Shown in pieces: positions 1 to 13,213 of a stretch of DNA of 64,000 nucleotides. The stretch covers positions 310,001-374,000 of the forward strand of contig CDROCS010000991.1 of the NCBI GenBank assembly GCA_977020255.1. The letters are read 5' to 3'. Each line of letters starts with the position of its first letter. The stretch's first letter is position 1. The notes under the pieces are model-generated. The model saw only the letters and a list, made by a program, of their open reading frames with translations, made no database searches and was not told the origin of the DNA. Source of the DNA: Obrimoposthia wandeli (lineage: Eukaryota). The position numbers and the translations under genes are program-made.

Positions 1-9
1 TTATTTGAG

Positions 10-110
10 TTATTTTCTTCAAAAACTTATTTTCTTCAAAAACTTATTTTCCTCAAAAACTTATTTTCCTCAAAAATTTATTTTCTTCAAAACTTTATTA
101 CTTCAAAATC
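10..110. repeat. 17-bp tandem repeat (TTATTTTCTTCAAAAAC), about 5-6 copies
   Basis: Directly visible; period 17 (copies start at 10, 27, 44...). Confidence 0.9.
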
Positions 111-268
111 ATTTACTTTTACAACAAAGTAATAAAAAATTTACAAAATTTATTTACTTAAACTAAGCTATGTAAATTTTATTTAATATGTTTTCCATTT
201 GCTTACATCACTCATACATGTGTGTGTGAATAAATAGACAGATGTTGACACTTGGAAACAGAAATAAA

Positions 269-298
269 TGTATGTATGTATGTATGTATGTATGTATG
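269..298. repeat. (TGTA)n microsatellite
   Basis: Directly visible run of TGTA/TATG. Confidence 0.95.
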
Positions 299-769
299 TG
301 AGCATATTTAATTACTAGTAGATTAACAAATACATCAGATGACATCCTTTGCACGTATATAATAAAGCTTAATCATGAATGTATGTATGTGTATGTTTGT
401 ATGTAAAGCGTGACATTTTCATCACATCTGTGTAAGTGTGTGATTTTCTCTTCCCTACTGTACACTCCAATACAAGGCAGAGATTTTCTCTGCCTTGTAT
501 TGGACTATGTGTGCGGTTAATGCCATCAGTTGATCGCATCACTCTACTGCTGAATTGCATTTAGCTGCAGTATTAGGGTAATTTTTTTATTTATATTTTT
601 ATGCTGCTGCTTCCAATCTCGAGTAAGATTTATTTTTTATTGATTTAATTTCAATATATATGTTTGAAAAACACCATAGAAGAACAAATATCTATTGATT
701 ATTGTCCTTCTATTGTGTTTTTCAAACATTATTTGAATAATCATCAATTTATAATCGATTAATAATAAT

Positions 770-1558
770 CCTTTTAGATGATGTGATGTGGTTAGATGTC
801 TGTCTTTCATGACATGAGCTCATGGGCTCATGAACCGTATGATAACCTTGGGCTCATAGTCAGCACATGAGCTCATAATCTGGACCTTGACGATAACCTT
901 GGGCTCATAGTGAGCACATGGGCTCAAAATCTTATAATAACCTTGGGCTCATAGTGAGCACATGGGCTCAAAATCTTATAATAACCTTGGGCTCATAGTC
1001 AGCACATGAGCTCATGACTTAGACCTCGACGATAACCTTGGGCTCATGGTGAGCACATGAGCTCATAACCTAGACCTTGACAATAACCTTGGGCTCATGG
1101 TAAGCACATGGGCTCAAAATCTTATAATAACCTTGGGCTCATAGTCAGCATATGAGCTCATGACTTAGACCTTGATAATAACCTTGGGCTCATGTTGAGC
1201 ACATGGGCTAAAGCGATGAGTAACTTAAAAGAGTATAATAAAACAAAGGACATGAGTCATGACCTTGAAAATCAGGTATACTCGAGAGAAATTTGACCTA
1301 CATCATATGACCTTGACCTTGAAAAAACAGGTGTACTCGGGAGAAATTTGACCTTAACATGACCTCAAATGACCTCATGAGGGCACGTGATGTGTACTTT
1401 AGGAGAACAAAGGATATGACTCATCGATGAGTCATGTCTTTGTTTGATGAGTCACCTAAAAAGTAAAACAAAGACATGAGTCATCTAAAAATTAGAACAA
1501 AGACATTTTGTTCTCAGGGGGGTTTTGTTCCATAAGTGCTACATCCACCTACTTGCGT
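770..1558. mobile_element. Terminal domain of a mobile element related to the terminus at 39545-40219
   Basis: Same layout (tandem array, TGACCT/TGAGTCA-rich block, G-run). Last 46 bp are 42/46 identical to 40174-40219; the two flanks diverge immediately after ...CCTACTTGCGT. Confidence 0.7.
838..1210. repeat. Subterminal tandem array, about 8 copies of a 44-52 bp unit (GATAACCTTGGGCTCATAGTCAGCACATGAGCTCA...)
   Basis: ATAACCTTGGGCTCAT recurs at about 45-52 bp spacing with near-identical intervening sequence. Confidence 0.9.
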
Positions 1559-1899
1559 TTGAACATATTCAAAAATCGCAGAGCCATACCTCTCAAAAGA
1601 CAGGGGTTACGTACATATTCACAAAAAGGCCCTTTTATGAGTCAAATGAAGTCATATCAGATTCCTTCCTACACGAAATTTTCAAAATATTTTCAGAAAC
1701 CCTTCTATGTATCTAATAACGATAATTTAAGAGGTAACGTGCAATTCTAAACAGACACGTTTTCTAAAATATTTTTCAAAGTTCCTAATTAGGCCTTGTA
1801 ACTATTTACAAAAAGTTTTTAGAAAGTGTATTAGTTATCATAGTCGTAAAGCCAAGTTCCTAGAGAGGTAGAATCAGGATTTTAGTTGTGTCAGAAATG

Positions 1900-3100
1900 T
1901 GTTAATGTTTGTTTCAATAAGCTTCAAAAGGGGAATTGTTGACCTTATAAAGGAATTATAAAGTGACATTGTTGAGCATTTTTAGAAAAAATTGAATTTT
2001 TGACTATTGATATTTGGACATGGAAAATGAAAGTTGAGAAATACTTTAAGGGGCCTTCTAACTGTTAAACTTAGCAGGGATTGAGATACACCATAGTACA
2101 GCTATAGATGGTGATTTGCCTTAGTGGTGGCTAAATGATAGAGGGTGAGTTGTGTAGTCGCCTGGGGTTTTTTCGGACAAAGAGCAAGGTCGAGAGACTA
2201 GCACGAACAAATCTTCTGTTGAAGGATATCTGTATTCAAGTTGCTTCCGGCCTCATCCAGGTAGGATGTTAGGTCTGGACAAGCATACACAACAGCGTTC
2301 TGCAGTGTAATCGCTGTCATGTAGACGAATCCAAAGTAAGATCCGCAAAAGTGGCGATGGATTTCTTGGAAGAGGGGGTATCTTAAACAAATGTTGGTTT
2401 TCTTGAAAGTGGAGATTGAAAATAATGGTATGTTGTGGGAATTTGGGATAATTTTAGCAGTATTTTGATGCAAATTGATGCATGTGTTGAGGAGATATTC
2501 GAGTTTTTCCGGGAATACAATAAAATTGATGTGAATCTTTGTTTATTGGATTTTGTATCTATATACTGTGAAAAAGTATGGCGAGTACGAATATGTTAAT
2601 TTTTTAAGATGCGAATTTTGTGCATATTCCACTTTGAGCACAATGGTTACATATATTTTAACGAGGCATTTATTAATATTACTTTCTACTGAAACTTTGC
2701 ATTTTTTTACGACTTGATACGGGTAATCCATTTATGTTCATCATTTACCCCAACTGTTTATTGTTTTTCTCCAAGTTTAGCTTAATAATTACTTATACAT
2801 GCAATGTAGGTCTAATGAAACCTGGAGATGAAAACATGTTTAACTTTAATTATAAGCAGCGTGTAAGGCGTTGCTACAATAGTCTAAAACAAAGTTCTAC
2901 AGCATTTGCAAAACTGAAAGGAATGTCTGAAAGTTATTTTAAAGTATTCAGGTACCACTTTGACCATAATGTCTATAAATACTTTTAACCAGGCACTCAT
3001 TAATATTCTTTTCTACTGAAATTCTACGCTTTAACACAACTTGGCACGGGGAATCCATGTATGATGTTTGTTTTTATCCAACTGTTTATTTCCTGCATCC
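1900..3100 (-). mobile_element. Degraded non-LTR retrotransposon (LINE) RT C-terminal fragments with an internal duplication of about 100 bp
   Basis: Minus ORF 2543-2731 CLVKIYVTIVLKVEYAQ resembles the LINE 'LYKSIVRPILEYA' region; 2665-2770 is duplicated at 2991-3090. Confidence 0.4.
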
Positions 3101-6100
3101 TAAATTTTCTTTAAAAAAGAAAGTAGGCATTCAAATTTTCATTAAAATAGAAGTGGGAATTCTAATTTTCTTTTAAAAGAAAGCGGGTATCTTAAAATTT
3201 ATTTAACATAATAGTGGGCATCGTATATTTTCATATAAAATATAAGTGGGCATCTAAAATTGTCGGTAAAAAGTAAAAGTTGACATCGTAAATATTTAAT
3301 AAATCCCAAGTGAGCATCCATTTTTTGGGTAAGAACAAGTGGGCATCCATTATTTACCGTAAAAAATTAGCAGACAATAGAGGGTACGTTCCACAAATGA
3401 TTCAAGTGATGCGTTTAAACAAAAATAAATGAATAGATTATAATATTAAAATATTATAAATTCATATTTAAGAACAAAATATTTGAAAAATTATATTTTA
3501 ATTTAAAATGAATAAATACATTTAAAAAACAATTACAAGGAATTAAAAAGAAAAGTAATTTAATATTGTTATATATACATTATGAATAGGAAATGTAAAT
3601 CTTTTTCCACCTAAATAAAGTTGAAATATAGTAGATACAAGTGTAGTAATATCCCATATTCGCTCCGCAAAGTAAAAGCTACTAGTTTTCGACAACTTCT
3701 TAATATATTGGTTTGTTTTTGATTAAAATATGTCAACGAATTTTCTTGCACACAACATTGGAAAATTTACAATTTCCTGAAACAAAATTTAAAAATCCAT
3801 AAAAAAGAATACTACATTAAGGCTAGCACATGCAATTATAGATTATATTCACTTAATGAATTTCAAATAAATTGCTGATGTAGCATGTTTTGAAGCAAAT
3901 TTTCCCACGAGTTCAGTTTTATGTTGTCTGATTTTGTTCGGGCAAATGTTGTGTAAATGTTTAGATATGAAAAGATAAAATATGTTATTATGAAGTAAAG
4001 TAGGTAAATATGATAATGAATGTTGACGAAATTTCGGACTGCAATATTATTTTTATGGATTGTGACGAATAATTTAATAATTTATGTGAAAAAAAAATAT
4101 GATTATGTCAGTTAAGAAGATTATATTGAAATTTAAACTTTTGGTATATCAAGAGACAATGCCAAAGCCAGTTTTAGTGGTAATGAAGATGGTGTGATGT
4201 GTGTAATTTTAATACAAAGTTACTGAAGTTGTGTTATTTTCATAATTCCTTGAATTGTTTGCAAATATTTTTGAATATCTTTGTAAGAATGTTAGCAAGA
4301 GTGTAACACAATATTTAATAAATTCAGTGTTTACTTCAAAATATTACTACAGGTTCAAAAATGTACGCCTATGGTATACCATTATTTTAAAATGCATATG
4401 CAAATACCACAAAATATCTTTAAACAAGTGGTGAAAATTTGAGATTTAAAGCTTTTGGACCCATCAAATCAGTTTTTCAAGACATAGTGTGCGAAATTCT
4501 ATAAAGGATTGCCATTAACATTTAGAAACTCCAGAAATATTTTCACATTAAAACAGAATCTATTCAAGACGTTTATTGAAATTTTAGGAATTCATTTCGC
4601 GCTTATGAGTAGCCATTATAGCTGGATTTTAGCGATATAGTAATACATGGCGTGCTAATTTCAGAATCACTATTTTTCACATGGGAAAATTAATGAATGT
4701 AATCCAGAAAATTCCAAACACACAACGTATGCAAATATTTCAAAAATCAATTAACAAAACTAATATAATGCAGTGTTTATTTATTTTTATCCTCGAGAAT
4801 ATTTATTTAAACTGACTTTGAGTAAGAGTTTTAAACTAGACTGAGAGAAAATAATCATTTGCCGGAGATATTTTTTGGATCGTAAAGAATTTTTCCTTCT
4901 ATAATCTATATACTTAATTGTAATATGTTTGGCTAAAATTGTGGTAGATTGACAATAATTAGTTGTGGAAGTCTAGTCTAGAAGTGGCAGTAGCATTCAC
5001 AAATGCTGTTGTGGTTTTCTTGATAGATATTTCTTATTTTACTTATTCTTCTTATTTGATAGTTACAATTTTAATAAATCTTGTTAACTGACACAGATTA
5101 ATACTTTCAAATGAAATTGTATGATAAAAAGTTAAAACAAATGTATAAAACAATTGAATCCCAAATAGTAACCGTTATTTTGAAATAACCAGTATAATCT
5201 ATATTTATTGAAAAATACTTAAACCAGATGTACAGAAATATGTTTTAATTTGTGATTTTGACAACCAAAATATACGGTTTCAGTTAGTTTTGGCCCACGT
5301 CACATCAAATCTGGACTTCAGCATGGGGAAATACAGTACTTTTTAAACCTGACTACCACTATTTTACAGGGATTCTACTGGGTCTTTTAAGTGTATTTGG
5401 TAACCGGGAAATTTCTTATGTGAAATTAATTCATAAAAAGCAGTAAATATCCATTTGAACCCAGATTTAGGCTGGATGATTTTTATGATATACATTGGCC
5501 AAGCTACATACCAGTTTAAAACTTGGAATCCCACAGCTAAATTATCCAAAGGCGAATAAATATTTATTTTACAAGATCGCTGCGACTGGTACTTGATGTC
5601 AAACAGAAGGCATCTTATGTAGAAAAGTTTTTTTTGTTCTCCAGTCAAAACTTTCAGTTATTAGTTGCTGAGTTTCCATTAATTATAATAGATGATTGTT
5701 ATGGGATTAATATATTAAGGCAGAATTCTTGCAGAAAAGACTATAACTATATATATTTTAGTGACATTACATTTATATTAAAAAGAGAATATTGCCCCTG
5801 TCACATAAAATATGGCCTGGTAGTGTAAACAAAATTTACGATGTATGTAGCTCTAAGTTTCGAAAGATGCAACATATGAGTTCAATTAATGCTCTTGAAA
5901 ATATCAATTAGGGAAGTGCAACTAGAAAAATAGCTACGAATACGAAATGGAGTAGAACAAAATTTAATACATTTAAAGTGTATAACTAAAATTAAATATG
6001 TTATATAAATAGTAAGCAGAAACCGTTAATTTGTACATGTGCATTAATGTGCTATTTAATTTAGCATCCAAACGTTATTTTACAAGATCGTTCACAAATT

Positions 6101-6229
6101 TTCCTAATCTCGTTGGAAAAAAAGTTTTAACGGAAGATTTCAGATTTTATGGATAAATTATCAGAATCTAACTCTATAACTCAGAATCCGAATTCTATAA
6201 AGAATGTGAATAAACTCGATTAGGCAGTT

Positions 6230-7526
6230 TATGGGGTGGTATGGTGAAGATGTGTCAATACAAGCTGTTACAGATTTAGATAGATAACGATTAGCTCGTA
6301 GAATTGGCTGGATTGACACCATTAATGGCAGTTGCGCATGTGAACAAAGCGAAGTTCAGACCAGTTCTTGATTTTAGAGAGTTAATTAAACACGTGTCAC
6401 GTCATTCGGAGGATAGTTCAATGTGCCATGAAACGATCAAAGGATGGAAAATGGCCCTCTAATTTGACACTTTTAGGTTTAAAGGCAGCCTATATATAAA
6501 TTGCTATTGACAGATCTTAGTGGAAATATCAAATAGTAAGATAATGTGTGAACAATTATGCACTTACTCGGTTAGGTTTCGGTTTAAATTGTGCATCGCG
6601 CATTATGTCTAAAATATTAAAGAACGTTCGATCTTTGGATCCTACAATAAATGATGCGACAGATAGTTATATAGACGACATTGTTGACACAAGTAAAAAT
6701 GTGAAGATACAGTCAAGAAACATTTATTAAAATATTGACTAGTCTCAAAAAAATCCAGAACCAATCGATAGGGCAGATATTCTAGGATTGTGTCTAAATA
6801 AGGTAAGAGGTTCACTTATGTGATAAAAAACTACAAAATCGATTAACCAAACTGTGGCTTGCCAATAAGTCGTAGGACGCTTTTCTCAGTATGTGGTCAA
6901 TTGGTTGGACACCATCCAGTAGATGGGTGGCTAAGATTGACATGTAGGTACACCAAGAGAACAGCAGGAGTAGCATGGGAAGGTGAGATTGTTGTAACAA
7001 ATAATGTTAATTTTTGCGTTACACAAGGTCAAAACAGAAGATCCCGTAAGGCAAATGGTCAGTAAGTTGGATTAAAAAAAGGTCGTGTGGTGTGATGTGA
7101 TTAATATTGCGTTAGCAGCTTGTGTTCAAATCTACAATGAAGTAGTAGAAGATATGTCACATCTTAAGAAAAAGACAGATTATGGACACATAAATTTTGT
7201 TGAGCTTGTCAAGGACATCATACTGGGAGTTTCATGTGGTTTGAATAATATTGAGATCATGACTGACTCACAAATGGTCTTTAGGTGGATTTCGGCCACA
7301 TTGACTGGAGAAAGTGATATCCAGACTCGAAGCAGTTCAGAATTTCTAATAAAGAGACGGTTAGATATCATCAAAAAATCCAAGAACAAATGAACATAAA
7401 TATTTCAGTAACGTTTGTAAGATCAGAAAAGAACATAATAGATAGACTCACCAGAGTACTGAGAATCTGGTTAAATAACACGACAGTTGAAATGACGAGA
7501 AATGAAAATGTATTATTGCTTCTTCG
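6230..7526 (+). mobile_element. Degraded Ty3/Gypsy pol fragment (RT-RNase H)
   Basis: YALTRLGFGLNCASRIM...DSYIDDI (RT); VWCD...HINFVEL...TDSQMVFRW...NIIDRLTRV (RNase H); several frameshifts. Confidence 0.8.
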
Positions 7527-7799
7527 ACATATTAAATATTTCAAAATAAATAAATCACGAAATCACGGATAAACTTCCTTTTCTTCTATTAAACTAACAA
7601 CACAAATATATTTCTTTCTAAAAATGAACATAAAACTCCATCTTATCGAGCCTCTCTGAATCTCTTATATATACGAGAGGCTCCCGACATTCTTGGCCAA
7701 TCAAAATGGAAACATACTGCTGCCAAGCCAAAGATCAATCTCATATTGATATTAGCCAAAAATAATTATTTTATCCCACAATGGCTTAAAACTAGTTAT

Positions 7800-7945
7800 T
7801 GTAATACAGGATCTATGTATAAATTTCTACTGATAAAGTTTTTAATGTAACTTTAAATAATTATATCTACTACACTAATTTAGTAACTCTTATTTTAAAA
7901 CACACAAAAATTACATTTTAATTTAAAATTTTTCGTCTTCTTTTA
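7800..7945 (+). repeat. Left copy of an inverted repeat of about 140 bp (TIR-like)
   Basis: Near-identical to the reverse complement of 13070-13213 (GGATCTATG...TTTTCGTCTTCTTTT). Confidence 0.85.
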
Positions 7946-10299
7946 AAAACAAACTAATTACTTTCATTTATTGGTAATAAAATATTCTAATATGAAATAT
8001 TATTCAAATTTAATAACTTTATTCAATTTTCAAAATTATTAAAAATTTTATTAATTTATTATTTTTCAATTTATTATTTTATTTTCTATTTTCATCAATT
8101 ACTATTTCAATGCAGAAAGCTCAAGAGGCATGATTTCGTTAATTTATTTTTAAATACATATTTTTAAGTTTATGTATGTTTTTTTTGACTAATTTTTCAA
8201 GCTTTAACAGTCTAAAGTAAAAATAACAACTAAACAATAAGAAGGTATCGTATGTACTGTAGATTACTTTATTTTGTCAATAGATTCTAACTGTTACCAT
8301 CCCCTTTAAATGCACTTAATTTTCGTTGATCATCTTCATTGTCTTTTTCTAATTTTAATTTAACCATACTTGTAAGGTTCATTGTAGATTTTAAAACAGA
8401 TTTCAGTAATTCATTGAGCTCTTGATTTTTTTCCCGTAGTGGCCTCCAAATTGAGCATCTAAAGTCTTTCTTGTTTCACAAAGATGCTTCAACAGCTCGT
8501 CACGTTTGTCTATCTTATTTAATGCGTTTACTTCATCTTCTAAAAGTTGCTTGAAAACTTGTATATTTGTCGAATTTTGAAAAATGTAATTATATTTTAG
8601 GAATTATATTACACATAACAATTTCATGTTTGTATATATTAATTTTTGCTATGCTTACGTTAACTAAAACTTATCATTATGTTTTTTTAAATTCAATTGA
8701 CTTGCTTCAAATAATTTTTCATATTTTTGAGGAGTTTGAGTTAACATATCATTGGAAACTAAATTTCAACAAATAACTGAATATATTAATATTTTTCCAT
8801 TTATTTAATAATTTTCTTTAAACTATTTAAATATTATTAAAATAAAAATATATCAAATTGACTTTTTTAATATTTATAACTTAGTTGTGATTAATTTTTT
8901 AACTAGCTCGTCACTTAAATAATCCGGCACAATTTCAGATTTTTTTTCTTTCAGGCTCGTCTAGTGGACCATTTCAATGCACCTACCAGATTAAATAGTA
9001 TATCAAAATAAACAAATTTCCGACAATTTTTGTAGTACATTGTAAAGTATTTAAAGATTCCACGAAATGTTTATCGATATTTTTTGTAGTTTATATACTG
9101 ATCATATGTTTCATATTGTAGATCATTATAACACTTAGTTGTGATTAATTCGAAATTTTAATAGCTCAAACGATGTAATAAAAGATTTTAAACCTTTATA
9201 ATATAAATTGTGTGTATAAAATTTATGAATACAAAAAAACTTGTAATAACTTGTTCCAAAAAACATTATTTTGCTGTGGATTCTTTATTTGTACTTTAAA
9301 AGTATAAAACTAAGTGATGATATTTAATAAAAGAAATTGGTAAATATGTTGAAGCACTTATTAAGTGGAATATTGACACGCAATGAATGTTGGTGGCGAA
9401 TGTAAATATTCAGAATATAAAAGAAATGTTAAATAAACGGCTTCAAAGATTCTAAACCTTTATAATATAAATTGTGTTATAACTCTTGATTTATGAATAC
9501 AAAAAACATAACTGTTATAAAGTTTGATAAACTTCACAATTAAAATAGAATGTAAATTAAATTTTCATTATAAACATTTTAAATTCACAATTTCCTTTTA
9601 ATAAGGGTGACTCTTGGCTGAAGTTGGGCTGTTACCCGCGAGGGTGTACTTTGCCTGCTGCAGTTGGGATGAGCTCATATTAAAATGAAAATGGTGTTGA
9701 AATATTATATTATACTAAATTACTTTCAGTTTAAAAAAATCTTAATTTATGTATTATTCTTCATATCAATCTTACACTACAATGAATAAGTTACATATAC
9801 TCAGTTATGTTTTATATTGTAGACATAAATCAAAAAAGGCAGATTCGATAAACACAGTATTTATTCATGTTTACGGAGTTTTCATGAATAGATATTCTCG
9901 GTAGGATATTTCATGTTTCTGATGACATAACTCTGCCCTTCACTATTCGTAATTAAACTTCTTCGGCCATCCGATTCTCCTGGGGACGATTTCTATTGAA
10001 ACTGAATTAATACCTATTGACTTAAAAATTATATTGCTTTAAAAGTACCTTCATACTAATCACTATTATTGCTTCTTTTAATTAAGTTCTGGTGAATCTT
10101 ATGTGTAATCAATACTTTGCAATTTCTAATTTTACTACTAAACCATCAACGCTCGTCATTTTACATGCAAACTGCATTAGATTTTGTTAAATATTTATAA
10201 TATTCCTTTTTGTTTCAAAAAACATGAAGCAACCCGGTGCAAGTAAACTAAATGGGTTATAGCTAACTGCCCTTTATATTATGATTAATGATTTGCATC

Positions 10300-10600
10300 T
10301 TTAGAGAACATTTTATAGGAAAATGGAGTCATTCCGCCCTAATATTCCAAAAACATCATGCTTTGGCATTCCAGAAAAATATAGACTTTTCAGCAATAAG
10401 GAAATATGCTTGTTAGACGACTTAACAGAAAATGAGGGTCAGCGAACAGTCATATTTGGTAGTTTTTATCACATTAATCTGCTTTGAGAAGCTTCCACTA
10501 TTTTCTGTGATGGAACATTTCAGGTGTGTCCAAAGCAATTCAAATATATGTAATTTTGCATAAGTTTTTGACAGAAATAACTTTATCATCACTATTCAAA
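10300..10600 (+). mobile_element. MULE (Mutator-like) transposase remnant
   Basis: Translates ...QRTVIFGSFYHINLL*EASTIFCDGTFQVCPKQF, the first-Asp DGTF-x3-P motif of MULE transposases; contains stops. Confidence 0.7.
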
Positions 10601-10833
10601 GAATTTAATTTTAAACGAGTTATGATTTCATAGTTATAATATCATATTTCAAACTAAATTAATTGCTATTAATAGAATAAAACAAAGAAATCTAGTACTG
10701 TAAAAATTAAAAAAAATTTCCTTTAAAAATATGTCAAATATAATTTTCTAATAAATTTATATTTTAAAATTATTTACATATCTTAAGACAATTGTTCCTA
10801 ATCTATTTTCTAATAATGATTGCTCCTTGCCAG

Positions 10834-11082
10834 GCCCGGTAAATGCTACAAGTTTGCGAGAAGGACCCCTCAAATTCGGTGGAAATCAACTACGACCCGC
10901 GGAACCCCTTCAGCATTTGCGCAGCGACCTACACGCCGATCTACCATGGCAACGAGAAGATGAAGGACCCCTTCAGTGAAGCCAGTTATCTGCCGAATAT
11001 GAAGGGTCAGCTATGTCGAGTGAGCATGGTCTCTGAAATCGGCAAGGAGTGTATGGAGATGAGGATCTTGAGCCACAACTAA
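10834..11082 (+). pseudogene. COPA: Orphan 3'-terminal exon of coatomer subunit alpha, with an in-frame stop near its start
   Basis: AR*MLQVCEKDPSNSVEINYDPRNPFSICAATYTPIYHG...FSEASYLPNMKGQLCRVSMVSEIGKECM matches the COPA C-terminus. Acceptor CCAG|G at 10833/10834; TAA replaces the expected Lys; AATAAA near 11236; no other COPA exon recognised in the window. Confidence 0.8.
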
Positions 11083-11369
11083 GCCGCTGTCCCATCACTG
11101 ACACAATATCAACTACTCGCTTTTGGAATAACCAATATTTTAACTATGTGATTTTAAATATGTTTCTTGTTTTTAAAAGCAAACAAAGTTTGTATGTGTG
11201 AGATATTTGGCTTGGGTTTTGTGACTACTTGAATAATAAATATACTTGGTATACTTGGTGTTTCTTCGGCTTGGGATTTTCGCTATTTGAACTTTAACGC
11301 GTTTGCATGCTCTTTTTCCAATAGTCCAAAAGACCTGTCAAATACTATTCCAATGGCCGATATATTTTG

Positions 11370-11760
11370 AACTTGTATTCGATATATTTCTTTGTGCTTT
11401 TGATTAAATCGACGTTGTTGCTACTTCTACGTATATTGTCATTTAGAATGTGTTTTTCATAGAAATACAAATTCATGCATACATTATTTAAATCCTAAAA
11501 AGTAGACAGTTGCATAGTTTGCGCAATTCATCAAATTTCTTCTTATTTTAAAACTTTGTAATAATGTATGAGATAAAATATCAGTCTTGAAATTCGTTTT
11601 CCTAACAGACCTTAAAATGATTAGGCCAGTCGAAGGATATTGATTAGCAAAGTTCATTGTAAGCCCTTGGAAGATAGAAGTTGTGGATAAAACAACCAAG
11701 CAGGTGCTATAATACTTTTGTGGATAATTGCGTAATACAGATGAAGACACATTTCCTGAA
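11370..11760 (-). mobile_element. Degraded transposase remnant (possibly MULE C-terminal part)
   Basis: Interrupted frame ending ILNDNIRRSSNNVD resembles the MULE 'RTNNxxE' region; weak. Confidence 0.3.
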
Positions 11761-12477
11761 AAACGGTTGAAGTGACCGAATAGAAATTAATCACAGTTTT
11801 GATAAAATTAGAACAGCTGGTAAATTCACGACCTATTAGTTGTAAAGGTTATACCGAGGCATTGACTTCAAACCACGTCCGTATAGGCAAAGGCTTAATC
11901 ATTAGATCATTTGAAAGTAACATATGCTAGTGGACTCAAGGGCTTACAAAATATTTATGGAGTCGATGGATGGAAGAGGTAGTTCCTCAATGGGTTGTGC
12001 TACAGACGTGGTGTGAGGACAAGGATCCCTTGAAAATGAATTATGTTGTTTTAAATTTAGAGCTAAAGAGAAATTTGGTTATCAGGAAGGGCAATCGAAT
12101 TAATGTCAGGTAGTGATGATAAGATTAGTGTTACGAGAATGAAAAGTCAAGATAAAGAGATAGTTCGGTAATTTCGTAAATTATGTTTGATAACTGCTGA
12201 TAAAGGTTTTGTATGTAGAATTTTTTTAAGTAGTCAGAGACAGGCCAATTTTTGGTTTGAAGCAAGTTTTGGGTAAATGTAATATTCATTATGAACAGTA
12301 TATAATTACCTTCAACACTGTCTCATCTATTAGCCCAAACTAAGGAAAGCTGTGTGCGGTTTTCCTGATTTTACTATCAATATAACTACTTTATAACTGT
12401 TTAGCAAACTTTGTTTAACTTCTGTCTTTTTCATAAAACCTGATATTGTTTTGCGCTTTTCAAATTGATCTTAAAAG

Positions 12478-12600
12478 TGATAACTTCACTCAGTTCAATT
12501 TAGATATTGATAACTTCAACTCAGTTCAATTTAAATAATGATAACTTCACTCAGTTCAATTCAAATAATGATAACTTCACTCAGTTCAATTTAGATATTG
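12478..12600. repeat. 30-bp tandem repeat (TGATAACTTCACTCAGTTCAATTTAGATAT), 4 copies
   Basis: Directly visible. Confidence 0.9.
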
Positions 12601-13069
12601 CTATAGAATTCACGTTGGGGGCCTCCATACGAGGATCTAGTTTCAAATAGAAACCTCAACATTAGCACAAAATACGTTCAACATGTTATCTAAATATATT
12701 CAAGGGATGTTAAATATACTACGTTTGATTTGACAAGATAATTGAAGTTTCTGAACAAATGTTAGCTACTAGACACTGGAAACTTAAATAGACGGTTTTA
12801 TAAATACATAAAAAATTCATTTTAATGTTAGCTTAATTGCTTAGAGTTTAATAATAATAAAAAAAAATAATATTATTCAATGTTTATTTTATAATATTTG
12901 TTTTATTTTGTTTTAAATTTAAAATAATGTTGTATAATATGTTTTATTTACATAAAAAGAATAATGTCCTTAAATTGTTTTAAGTAAAATAATTAAATTA
13001 AACCAATAAAAATATTTTAAATTATTTAATTTTAATTAAATTTATAACATACTTCGTCTACTTTCATTT

Positions 13070-13213
13070 AAAAGAAGACGAAAATTTTTTAATTAAAATG
13101 TAATTTTTGTGTGTTTTAAAATAAGAGTTACTAAATTAGTGTAGTAGATATAATTATTTAAAGTTACATTAGAAACTTTATCAGTAGAAATTTAGACATA
13201 GATCCGTAATACA
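13070..13213 (-). repeat. Right copy of the TIR-like inverted repeat of about 140 bp
   Basis: Reverse complement of 7800-7945. Confidence 0.85.

Noticed and set aside
838-1210. Regularly spaced repeats as a CRISPR array
   Set aside because: The sequence between repeats is itself repeated rather than unique spacers; eukaryotic context; no cas genes. Same reasoning for 12478-12600, 39545-39851 and 41558-41697.
3600-4800. Assignable transposase in the AT-rich block (related in inverted orientation to about 16300-17050)
   Set aside because: A short shared segment suggests a repeat family, but no reading frame or motif could be recovered to name it.
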